64,000 nucleotides of DNA from an uncultured delta proteobacterium (GTDB taxonomy: Bacteria > Desulfobacterota > Binatia > UBA9968), in the NCBI GenBank assembly GCA_963804165.1, contig CAWDPO010000023.1:1-64000 (forward strand), given 5' to 3'. Under the pieces are notes generated by a model. The model searched no databases, was not told the DNA's origin, and saw nothing but the letters and a program-made list of their open reading frames with translations. Position 1 is the first letter of the stretch; each line of letters opens with the position of its first letter. Shown in pieces: positions 41,053-51,334 of the stretch. Position numbers and translations under genes: made by a program.

Positions 41053-42426
41053 TTATTCTCGGCAGGAAGAAGAAGGGAAGTTTTCCCTACGAAATTTCCA
41101 GAAAGACTTGGCTATCTCCCTTCTCTTTGTTCCTTCCGGCAGAAATTTGTTGCGCAGCTGGTAATATACCGTCAAAGCTTTCCAGCCGTGGGAACTGTAA
41201 ATATGGCTTAGAGTGGCTTCGCGTTGTCGGCCTAGCGCTTCCAAGCTGGCAATACGGTCGTCCCTTTCATTCAGCTCCTGTCTGCTCGCCTCTGCCGCCA
41301 CGTGAGCCTGGGCCGCTAGAGCAGAATAGGCGGCCCGCTCTTTGATCAAAAACTGTTGACGTTCAGCTATTCGAAATTGCTGCTTTTGTACGTCTCTCTC
41401 CAGTGTGTCCTTCTCTAGCTGGAGCTTGGCAGCAAGACGATGACCTTCTGCTAGCGCGCTTCGCTGACCCTGCACCTCGGCAGACAATTGACGTATTTCT
41501 CCGGCGAGTCGTTCTTGTTCCGTCGCGTGGGCTGCTATCTGGCTATCTTTCGCGGCAGACAATTGACGTATTTCTCCGGCGAGTCGTTCTTGTTCCCTCA
41601 CGTGGGCTGCTATCTGGCTCTTTGGGCAACTGACTATCTGGCTGTCTTTCTGGTTGAGCAAGGCATCAGACACATCGACTAACGCGCTGCTTCTATCTTC
41701 AATGTCGCGCGCCGCGTCCGAGGCTATAGCGATGAAGTAAAGGGGAATCTTTTTGTCATTGTCGGCAAAAACGAACTCTTTCGCATTTTTGTCAACGACG
41801 TACTCGACAACTTTGGTATCTTCCCCAGCAAAGACCGGCCATATACTGGAGTTACAGTAGATACGCTGACCGAAAAATGTGACGTTCTTAAAATACTTCT
41901 CAAACAGTTCTCTGAACTCATCGAAATAGAGCTCGTGAACGTGAAACGGGTTATTGAATTGAGGCTCGTCACTGTACACCGTCTTGTTCGGCGTCGAAAC
42001 AATAAAAACTCCTTCGGGAGTAAGGAGTCTCTTCACCTCACTTAGAAGCTTTTGATGATCCTCAATGTGCTCTAACGCCTCAAAACAAATAGCGACGTCA
42101 AAAAGCCTTTCACCGTCGATAGGAATTTCTGTGATGGATCCGACTCTAAATTCTAGGTTTTGTTTGATGTATTTATTCCGAGCGTGCTTAATTGAATTGT
42201 TGTCGATATCGATCCCCGCTACGGATTTTGCGGTCTTGGCCAACAGATAACTCCCGTACCCTTCTCCGCAAGCAAGGTCTAATACTCTCTTGTTCTGCAC
42301 AAATTGCGTCGCATAGGCATAACGGTGGAGATGTTCATAACCGATCGATGCTTCTTCCAACCAGGGAAGATACCGCTCACCGGTCGGCTCCAATAACGGA
42401 GATGCTTTTTTTGGAGTCACTTCCAC
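41053..42426 (-). CDS. SAM methyltransferase plus coiled coil (WbdD-like architecture)
   Basis: TGERYLP...EHLHRY...VLDLACGEGYG and FEALEH, a long coiled coil, and the SHGWKAL motif. Confidence 0.88.
   Translation of the reverse strand: MEVTPKKASPLLEPTGERYLPWLEEASIGYEHLHRYAYATQFVQNKRVLDLACGEGYGSYLLAKTAKSVAGIDIDNNSIKHARNKYIKQNLEFRVGSITEIPIDGERLFDVAICFEALEHIEDHQKLLSEVKRLLTPEGVFIVSTPNKTVYSDEPQFNNPFHVHELYFDEFRELFEKYFKNVTFFGQRIYCNSSIWPVFAGEDTKVVEYVVDKNAKEFVFADNDKKIPLYFIAIASDAARDIEDRSSALVDVSDALLNQKDSQIVSCPKSQIAAHVREQERLAGEIRQLSAAKDSQIAAHATEQERLAGEIRQLSAEVQGQRSALAEGHRLAAKLQLEKDTLERDVQKQQFRIAERQQFLIKERAAYSALAAQAHVAAEASRQELNERDDRIASLEALGRQREATLSHIYSSHGWKALTVYYQLRNKFLPEGTKRREIAKSFWKFRRENFPSSSCRE
41478..41649. 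repeat. 75-bp tandem repeat (25 aa, KDSQIAAHxxEQERLAGEIRQLSAx)
   Basis: cggcagacaattgacgtatttctccggcgagtcgttcttgttc at 41478 and 41553, with a partial third unit. Confidence 0.9.
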
Positions 42427-42873
42427 CTTTCCTCCTGTCTTGTGGGATCAAACCCACGGCAACGTTTCAAATCCATTTCCGGGTTCAGGTAGAAAACCTT
42501 TTTCCTTAGCCCTATCCCGTTCAACTTTTCGACATCCATACCGAAATCAGTATCTACGAACAAATCTTTCGAACCTCAGCGCTATGGTAGGCTGGGCTTT
42601 CTTGGCGATTAAATGCCTCACGACGTTGTCCGTTATGCTTCACGGCCGCTTCATCTCGAACAGTTGCCGATTTTCTGCCATTCCCGCTATGGCAGCCCCA
42701 GTCTGAATTTTGTCAGGGCCCGAGCTGCTCCGATCGCTTCTGCACCCATGGCGTGGTATGAGTACAAATCTTACGGCTGTCGGTCGCGAACTCAGTAGTC
42801 AAGTGTTTTCACAGACATTATTTTGGCACCCGCCAAGAAATTCCTGATAATTTCAACTTCGACCGATTCAAGA

Positions 42874-43675
42874 TTACCTTGATGAATGTTGTGCCAAAGA
42901 GTCAATCTCTGACTTCACCATGCTTTTAATTAGTTGCTCAAACGTTACACGAAGCTCCCAGTCCAATTTATTCTTCGCTTAGGCAGGATTCACTTTCAGT
43001 TCGTATATCTCTGCCGGCCGATACAACCTCTGGTCAATCGAGATATACTCCTTCGAATCCAGCCCAACGGAACGAAAAGCAATCTCTACCAGTTCAGTGA
43101 CTGAATGACTCTCACCCTTGCTATCACATAGTCATCCGGATTCTTCTGTTGCAACATAAGCCACATGGCCGTCACATAGTCACCCGCGTAACTCCAGTCC
43201 CTCTTGGCATCTAAATTGCCGAGAATCAATCGCTTTGCGATTCCTAGCTTAATCTTCGCGACGGTATTCGTGATTTTTCTCGACACAAACTCAAACCCTC
43301 GTCTCGGCGATTCGTGATTAAAACAAATGCCGCTCACCGCGTAGAGGTTATAAGCCTGGCGATAATTTTCCGTTAGCTGGAAACCGGCCACTTTCGAGAT
43401 TCCATACGGCGAGCGCGGGTGAAAACTAGTATTTTCATTTTGCGGTGTTTCTTTCGCGTTCCCAAACATTTCGCTCAATGCAGCAAAGTAAAACCGCGCG
43501 CGCGGCGCTCTTTCCTTCATCGGTGGCGAGCACGTAATGGGTATCGTTAATGTTCGTGCCGGTCGTCGAGAATTCGTCCTCGAAGCAATACCTCACGAAG
43601 CTTTGCACTTGCTCCGGATCCTTGATCGCTACCCGCCTGACCGTGCCATGGATGTCATAGCCTTTATCCACGAAA
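42874..43675 (-). pseudogene. gmd: GDP-mannose 4,6-dehydratase pseudogene
   Basis: SEMFG...PRSPYGISK...FNHESPRRG...[10 protein letters not shown]; internal deletion, frameshifts and an in-frame TAA at about 42980. Confidence 0.9.
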
Positions 43676-44383
43676 AGCGGCTCCGGCGTTTCTAATCGTT
43701 TCCTACTGACTATTTGCGCAGCCCGAGCTCCAGATGGACTTCATCTAGCAATTCGCGCGCGAACACTTCCTCCACCGAGATTGCGCGGGTTCCATGTCAC
43801 AGTTCGACATTAATCGGAAAGCCACTAAAGCACAATTGATGAGCGCAATTGCCGCCTGTCCTCTCTGCTTTTTCCTAGGTGTGTAACTTGATTCGATTTG
43901 TCAGAGGGAGATCTATTCGTCTTTGTCCGGGATTTTTGACCAGCAAAGTAATCGCAAAGCTAAGAAATTCTTCTTTGTTCTCTGCTGGTTACAGGTGCTA
44001 CGAGAATCTCCAATCCTCGTGCCGGGTCGGATTCAAATAGTTGGAATCCGATTTAGACCAGCAATGGTAGCTGCGTCTGGATCCGACTGTCTCCTCCGCC
44101 ATATTGGACCAAAGTCCAATATACTGGGTTCTAACTGTTCGCTATACAAAATTCATTAGCAAGCTCTGGAACTAGTTGGCTGAGGACACGCAATCCTAAT
44201 GAGCGAAATGCTTGGACCGAATACTGCCCGGAGATCTATCTTCCTTTCAGGTGCCGAAATGTTTTGTCTGCTATCCAATAAAGTTAAGCCGCGCGCTGCA
44301 GAAGAGTAGACGTAGGCAAGTTGACACTTCTATGCTCAACGCTTTCAGACAGTCTAATGATCGAGCCAGAATTACAGATATGT

Positions 44384-44553
44384 CCACCGCTGTGTAACTC
44401 GATCAAGCGGTAGGCACAGCGATCTCCTGCGAACGGGGATCAGAAAGGAGGGGAACCATAAAGGTTGTTTAATATTCCAGACAGTCCCACCGCTGTGTAA
44501 CTCGCACCAAGCGGTAGGCGCAACGATCTCCGGCTAACGGGGATCAGAAAGGA
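44384..44553 (+). repeat. Tandem duplicated ~66-bp structured leader (period about 103 bp)
   Basis: ccaccgctgtgtaactcg...caagcggtaggc...gatctcc...aacggggatcagaaagga at 44384 and 44487. Confidence 0.8.
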
Positions 44554-44564
44554 CAGGAGAAACG

Positions 44565-44972
44565 ATGAAGATAGGATATCTAGGGAGGGCCGTTGGCTTC
44601 GCATCGGTCCTCTTGCTGGTCGCCCTTGGCAGCGCCAGCGCTGACGAGTGGTTCGTGCTAAGCGAGAAGATGGTCAAGGCCACCGATCCAAGCACGGACA
44701 TCAAGGCCGAAGCGGGGAAGATGTGGAAGGAGGACATCAAGAAGATGAAGATCTCGGTCGAGGGCGGTGACGTGGAGATCACGAAGGTCGTCCTCCGCTG
44801 GAAGGGTCGTAAAGACGACACCATCACGAAGGTCGGAGTCGTGAAGTCGGGAGGACAAACGGCTGAGAAGGACGCTCCAGGACGCGAGGCGACCCTCACG
44901 TCGGTGGCGGTCCAGTACAAGATCCTCGATAATAAACCGACGGCCACCCTCAAAGTTTGGGGATACGACTGA
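44565..44972 (+). CDS. Small secreted protein (DUF2541/YaaI-like)
   Basis: RBS, signal peptide ending ASA-D, WFVLSEK and a terminal KVWG. Confidence 0.65.
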   Translation: MKIGYLGRAVGFASVLLLVALGSASADEWFVLSEKMVKATDPSTDIKAEAGKMWKEDIKKMKISVEGGDVEITKVVLRWKGRKDDTITKVGVVKSGGQTAEKDAPGREATLTSVAVQYKILDNKPTATLKVWGYD

Positions 44973-45217
44973 GCGGGGTATGAACACCGGCCAGCAGACA
45001 TGAGCCGCGATCAACGACGCAAGGGCGAAGCGATCACGGTTTACGTTTGCTGGAGTCGAGCACGGCTGCGGCGTTCACGTCCCACGGGCACGGGTGGTAA
45101 GGCTTCGGCAAAGCGAAGCCTCGCCACCCCGCCATGACCGGCTTCGATATCGAGTCGATTCCGCTTCAACAATGCCAGCCGAGCGGGCCGAAGCCAAGCA
45201 CCCGCCAGCCCATCCGC

Positions 45218-45275
45218 CGTGCAGATCGATCCCTCCGTACAACTTCATCTCCGTCTCCTCCTTCGACACTAAAGT
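45218..45275 (-). mobile_element. IS110-family transposase N-terminal relic
   Basis: aaggaggagacggagATG followed by MKLYGGIDLH, then abrupt loss of similarity. Confidence 0.55.
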
Positions 45276-45542
45276 TTGATCGCTCAAACTTACTGGCCTA
45301 CCAGAGAAACCGGCTAGATGATTATCAGGTCTCGATATAATATAAACAATTGAGCTACTGCCGATGCTTGAGTTGGGAGGAATCGGACCCCAGGGGCATC
45401 TATCTTGGCGAACACGCTGTTCAGGGCGGCAAGCAGAGTGGCCGCAGGCGCTGGGCGTTCACGATCTACGACAAGCAGAACCGCTTGCTACTTGAAACAG
45501 GTCGGAGAGCTAGCCGGCCACCGTGAGCGTTTACGGCTAAAA

Positions 45543-46088
45543 TCAAAAGGGAGTTTGGCCAGCCCGTTTGGCCCACTGGATAACCCCGCTGGAATTGTAT
45601 TTCGCCACAAATATGTCAGCGCCGCCGGCGGAGGTAAGCGAAGTCTGATTAGGGTCACCAGCGCCATAAGTTTCCGTGCCGCCAAAGTTGCCGGTCACGT
45701 AGAGATTATTCGCGCTATCCGCTACCATGCTCTGGACAATACCACCTAAGCGCTTCGCCCATTGCAGCGTGCCGCGGGGGCTGTACTTGGCGATAAAGCT
45801 CCCGCTGGGCGACAACGTCGTTTGATTGGCTTCGCCCAGTCCAAATGTTGCCGAGCTAAAAAAAATGCCGGCAGCATAGCTATTTCCGGCGCTATCTACG
45901 GCTGAGGCGTGACCCTGATCGCTACCACTTCCTCCGGCGCGCTTGGCCCAGATCAAATTTTGCGCTTGAGCCTCACAACACAGCGCCAGGAACCAGCCGA
46001 TGAGGGCAGTGCCGATGATCAGTTTTTGCCTTGGGAAACCGCACGATGGGAGAGCGAACGGCGATTCTTTCCCGGTGTGAGTTTTCAT
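45543..46088 (-). pseudogene. Secreted SBBP beta-propeller protein, 3'-truncated
   Basis: AQA-QNLIWAKRAGGSGSDQG...AVDSAGNSY and DIFVAKYNSSGVIQWAKRAG, followed by a stop. Confidence 0.7.
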
Positions 46089-46373
46089 TGTCGCTCCTAT
46101 GCTTCCGGTCGAATAAGGCAGATCGCAGAGCCTTGAACGTGCGCCTGTATCGAAACTCGTCGAGAAATGCAAGCGCTCGCAGTCGTTACCCTGGCGGCTG
46201 GAGATCGAATTTGCTTGGCAAACGCGCTCAAAGGCCGCTGTAAAGCAACCGGTAAACGAACCCGCTAAAACGCGTTAGGTTGGATCGACCTTGTTCTTTG
46301 CCCATTGATGTTCTCCTTGTTTGTCTCTTCTGCTGGTGCCGAGAACCACAGAGCAAAAGAAAATGGTAGGCGG

Positions 46374-46402
46374 TCTATAGTACTGTAGAGTGCCGCTGTC
46401 AA
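46374..46402 (-). promoter_or_regulatory. Sigma70-like promoter, copy 1 of a triplicated intergenic unit
   Basis: TTGACA-17 bp-TATAGA, a conserved leader, an RBS and an ATG at 46305 (decayed MGKEQG... start). Confidence 0.7.
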
Positions 46403-46420
46403 ACGGCCTTGGGAAGGACT

Positions 46421-46547
46421 GCAGGCTTAGGTTGAGGTTGAGATTTAGGCTCAGCCTTTACCTTCGTCACCGATTCTGCGATCGTGTGGAAAACTTTTGC
46501 CTACAACACTCGACTTCAGCACTAGCCTGAACCTTAACCTCACCCTC
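46421..46547. repeat. Hexamer-armed palindromic element, copy B
   Basis: AGGTTG/AGGCTT-type arm, core ggaaaacttttgcctacaacactcgactt, AACCTT-type arm. Confidence 0.75.
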
Positions 46548-48798
46548 TTACAGCAGTCCCATCGCTCTTAAGATCGTCACCTGTGGCAGCACCGGCACAA
46601 AGCCCGCTCCGCCGAAGCTCAGCGCGGGGGTAAAAAAACCAGACGTCGAGCCTACGACAAACCAATTTCCTGTGCTTTGCTGATAGACCGCCGCATCGGT
46701 CTCCCCATCGCTGTCATAGTCCCCCGCCACGGGAGTAAATCCAGCTCCCCCAAAATTTAATACCTGGCGAAACCCTGACGTCGATCCGACAATGAACCAG
46801 TTCCCTGTGCTACTCTGATACACCGCGGCATCCGCCCTTCCGTCGCCATCGTAATCCCCAGGTATTGGAATGAACCCCGCTCCACCGAAGTTCAGTGCTG
46901 GTGTGAAAAACCCCTGTATGGATCCCAGCACAAACCAATTCCCCGTGCTCGTCTGGTACACGCCTACGTCGATCTTGCCGTCGCCATCATAGTCTCCCGG
47001 TACCGGGACGAAACCCGCGCCGCCGAAGCTTAATGCGGGAGTGAAAAATCCTGAAACCGATCCCACTGCAAACCAATCTCCGGTCCTCGTTTGATACACC
47101 GCTACGTCCACCTTCCCATCGCCGTCATAGTCACCCGGTACAGGGATGAATCCCGCGCCACCAAAGTTCAGTGCCAGCGTGAAAAATCCCGAGGTTGTCC
47201 CCACCGCAAACCAGTTGCCCGTAGATTGGTGATACACTGCCGCATCGGCCTTCCCGTCAGCGTCGTAGTCTCCCGAAACCGGAAGGAAGTCTGACCCGCC
47301 AAAGTTCACCGCCGGTCTGAAAAATCCCGTGCTCGACTCCACCACAAACCAGTTGCCGGTGCCGGCCTGATACACGGCCACATCTGTCTCCCCATCTCCG
47401 CCAAAATCCACCGGCGCCGGTGATCCGGCTTCAAACTCATACGCTCCAATGTCGCACGCGAAGCTGCCGTTGTGATCGCCGTCCACCGTGCGCGGAAAAC
47501 CGCGCTGGTCGATGAGCGGCTTCGGCCCGAGTTCGCAGTCGCCTGCGTCAATCGCCGGGCTGCTGGCAGCCAGTGCGTGGGTCTTGGTCGGACCGCCGTT
47601 GAATTTGAGCGAGCCCAACTGCGCACTGGCCACAATCGGCGCCGCGCCGGTAACCGTACAGTTTTGAACCCCCATCAAGTTATGGCCGTCTGAATCGATC
47701 GTCCCGGCACAGTCGTCGAAGTCGATCGTAAGGGGAGTGAGATTTGTGACAGCCCGATTGTCCGCAAGTATGGTGTTTTGAAACGTGGTCGTCGCCGAAG
47801 CGCTGGTCGACACTCCACCGCCTACTCCTGCCGCTGTCCCCACGCCCGCACTGTTCAGGGTAATCGTACTGTTGAAGATTTGAACGATTCCGGGTGATGA
47901 AATTGCAGATCCCTCCGCCATTCTCCCTCGCCCTATTGTCGCTGATCGTGCTGTTGATTATCATCGGGTTGCCGCAGCCACGGCGATCCCCCCGCCGCAG
48001 GAGTGCCCAAGGGCTTCCGATCACGCTGTTACCGCTGATCGTGCTGTTGATAACGGTCAATGGGCCAATATTGCCGATACCGGCACCCGCCCAAAGGATG
48101 GCACCTGCCACTCACGGTGCTGATTGGTAAGATTCAGCACGCCAAAATTCTGCGCGCCACCACCGCCGCTACGATACCACCGCCCTAGGCGCTGTTATTG
48201 CTCACCGTGCTGTTGATAAGGTTCACGATGCCGCCGTTGTTAAAAATGCCGCCTCCGGCCGCACTACCGCTATGGTTGTTCTTTATGATGCTATCGGTCA
48301 GTGTTTTATGCGCCCCCGTTAAAAATACCGGCCCCGCTCGAGTTGCCTCCATTGCGAATAGTGACTCCGGACATATTTACGGTCACTGAAGCGCTGATTT
48401 CGACAACCCGGTCGCTGCCGTTGCCCTCGATGATGGTCAGTGACGAGCCCGCGCCGACGATGCTCATGCTCGCGGTAATATCCAGGTCCCCAATAGTCTC
48501 GTCATCGTTTGGTAAATTTAGGCAATATTCAAAGCATAAATTCCGGCCGGCAAAATGATCGTCGCACCACCCCCGACTGTCTGATTGGCCTCCATAATCG
48601 CCGCCCGCAGGGTACAGAAGCCCTCTGGAAATGTGGCACAGATTCCATTGCCGGGATTCTCATCGGGACCGCGAGTGAAAAGTCACTGGTGCTGTTCACC
48701 GTAAATGTAACTGCTTGGGCTGGAGCGAAGCTCACAAACACGCAGTAAAGAGCAATGCTAAATGCGAATATGAAGTGGACCGGGGCATATCTTCTCAT
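46548..48798 (-). CDS. CSLREA / choice-of-anchor Q secreted protein with six FG-GAP-like repeats and tail; several frameshifts
   Basis: AQAVTFTVNST, LRAAIMEAN, NST repeats, NGGPTKTHAL...SPAIDAG...DQRG...CDIGAYE, and PVLPQVTILRAMGLL. Confidence 0.8.
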
Positions 48799-48837
48799 TC
48801 CGATTTCCCTCCCCAGAACTCATAACAAAAACCTTCT

Positions 48838-51096
48838 TCAAAGCAGCCCCATTGCCTAGAATCGTCACCTGCGGCAGCACGGGCACAAAGCCCGATCCAC
48901 CAGCTCAGCGCAGAAGTGTGAAAAACCCCGTTTGAGTCGTTCCCATCACAAACCAATTCCCGCTGCTGTTCTGATACACAGCCGCATCCGTCTTCCCATC
49001 TCCGTCATAGTCTCCCGCCACGGGAGTGAATCCAGAGCCACCAAAATTTAATACCTGTTGAAAGCCAGAGGTCGATCCGAGTGCAAACCAATTGCCGTTG
49101 CTGCTCCGGATACACTGCTGCATCGGTCTTGCCGTCGCCATCGTAGTCACCTGGCATGGGAATGAATCCTGTTCCGCCAAAGCTTAGTGCTGGCGTGAAA
49201 AATCCCTGAGTCGATCCCACCGCAAACCAGTTCCCCGTGCTCGTTTGATATACCGCCACATCCGTCTTGCCGTCGCCATCATAATCTCCAGGGACTGGGA
49301 TAAATCCCGCTCCACCGAAACTCAGCGCAGGTGTGAAAAATCCAGACGTTGTTCCGACTACAAACCAGTTGCCCGTACTCTGTTGATACACCGCTACGTC
49401 GGTCTTGCCGTCCCCGTCATAATCTCCGGGGACTCGGGATAAATCCGGCTCCGCCAAAGTTCAGAACCTGAAAAAACCCAGAGGTCGACCCCACGATAAA
49501 CCAGTTCCCCGTGCTCTGTTGATAGACCGCGACATCGGTTCTCCATCTCCGTCATAGTCTTTCGGCACTGGAAGAAAACTAGAGCCGCCAAAGTTTAACT
49601 GTTGATCAAATCCCGCCTGGACTGAACAAAAAACCAGTTGCCGGAACTTGTCTGATACACCGCCACGTCGGTCTTGATGTCGCTATCCAAATCCACCGTC
49701 GTGGTGGTTCCGCTGCCAAACTCTACTGCACCAATGTCGCAGCGCACTGTGCCGTTGTTATCGCCGTCGACCGTTCGAAGAAAAGCCTCTCTGGTCTCGC
49801 CCGATGAGGGCACCAAGATTATCTCTACATCCACTGGGATTTCCTGCGTCGATCGCCGGACTGCAAGGCAGCGGGGTATGCGTCAGCGTCGGACCGCCGT
49901 TGTCCTGCAGCTCTCCCAGCAGGGGGTCGGGAATTATCTACCGCCACCTCCATTCTCGCGCAGCCGCTCGTACGAACATCAGGTTGTTACCGTTTGAGTT
50001 GATCGTCCCCGCGCAGTCGGAGGGGGTCGTAAAAGGGGGCCCCGTGAAGAACGGCGATCGCTAGCGAGGATGGTGTTACGGAAGATGAAAGTGTCTCCTC
50101 CCTCCACAAACACGCCGCCACCCGCCCCAAGCTGAGCGTGAAAGCAGCCAGGTTTTGCGTAATCGTGGTGTTAGATAAATTTCACCGAGCTGCTGGAAGT
50201 GACGTAGATGCCACCGCCATTGTCCGCAACGTCGTTCCCGCTCACCGTGCTGTTGATGAGTGTTGTTCGTGCCAAAACTACTATAGATACCACCGCCATT
50301 GGCGGCGCTATTGAGGTTCACGGTGCTGTTCGTCAGCGTCAATGTGCCCCCGTTCAAGATACCGCCGCCATTGATGTCGGCGATGTTGTCGATCACTGTG
50401 CTGTTGGTAAGCGTCATTGTGTCGCCGTTGTAGATGCCGCCACCAAAGCCGAACAAGACGATGTCGTTGAACACCGCGTGGCTGGCTACGTTGTTACTCA
50501 CCGTGGTGTTGGTCAGTGTCATTATGCCGCCGTTAGTGAAGTCGCCAGTGATGCCGACACTGTTGAGCCTCACCGTGCTGTTGGTCAGCGCCAATGTGCC
50601 CCCGTGTTAAGATGCCGCCACCGCCGATAAACCCATTAAGAGAACTGTTTTGGCTCCGTTCTGAATAGTGACTTCGTTGATGCTAACTGCGGCGGGGAAG
50701 TTAATTGTCAGGACTAGTGTTGAAGTGTTAGGACGCACGCCCTTGTTGCCGTCGATGATGCGCTCGTCGCGGCTCCGCCACCGTTATGAGGTGACATTGC
50801 CGGTGATAGTCAGTTCCGCAACAATGGTCAGAAGGTACACGTTTGGCGCTGGAAGCGACGGTAGAATGATCTGGTCGTCTCCGGCCAGCGCGTTGGCCTC
50901 CTCAATGGCCGCCCGTAGCGTGCAGATATTGTTTGCGGAATAGCATCAGCAAACACCGTTGCCGGGATTCGTGTCTGGAAGGTCAACTGCTGGCGTTCAC
51001 TGTAAACACCGCCGCGTGCGCGTATGCCGCTGTCACTAGCCAGAAAACAAAAACACCCAGGCACTTTATAGTCCAGGCATTTCGTTCCTTGCCCAT
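48838..51096 (-). CDS. CSLREA / choice-of-anchor Q secreted protein with six FG-GAP-like repeats and tail; heavily frameshifted
   Basis: MGKERNAW...AHAAVFTVN, CTLRAAIEEAN, CDIGAVE, six repeats, and the tail FVPVLPQVTIL(-)AMGLL with a 2-nt loss. Confidence 0.75.
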
Positions 51097-51165
51097 CGAC
51101 GTTCTCCCTGTTTTGTCTCTTCTGCTGTTGCTGAGAACGGCAGAGCACAAGAAAATAGTAGGCGG

Positions 51166-51194
51166 TCTATATTACTGGAAGGTGCCGTTGTCAA
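51166..51194 (-). promoter_or_regulatory. Sigma70-like promoter, copy 2
   Basis: TTGACA-17 bp-TATAGA with the same leader as 46374. Confidence 0.7.
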
Positions 51195-51200
51195 ATGGAT

Positions 51201-51330
51201 GCAGGTTTAGATTGAGGTCGAATTTAGGCTCGGTTAAGCACAACCTTCGTCACCGATTATGCGATCGCGTGGAAAACTTTTGCCTACAACACTCGACTTC
51301 AACCTTAGCCTGAACCCTAACCCCACCCTC
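51201..51330. repeat. Hexamer-armed palindromic element, copy C
   Basis: Highly similar to 46421-46547. Confidence 0.75.
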
Positions 51331-51334
51331 TCGC

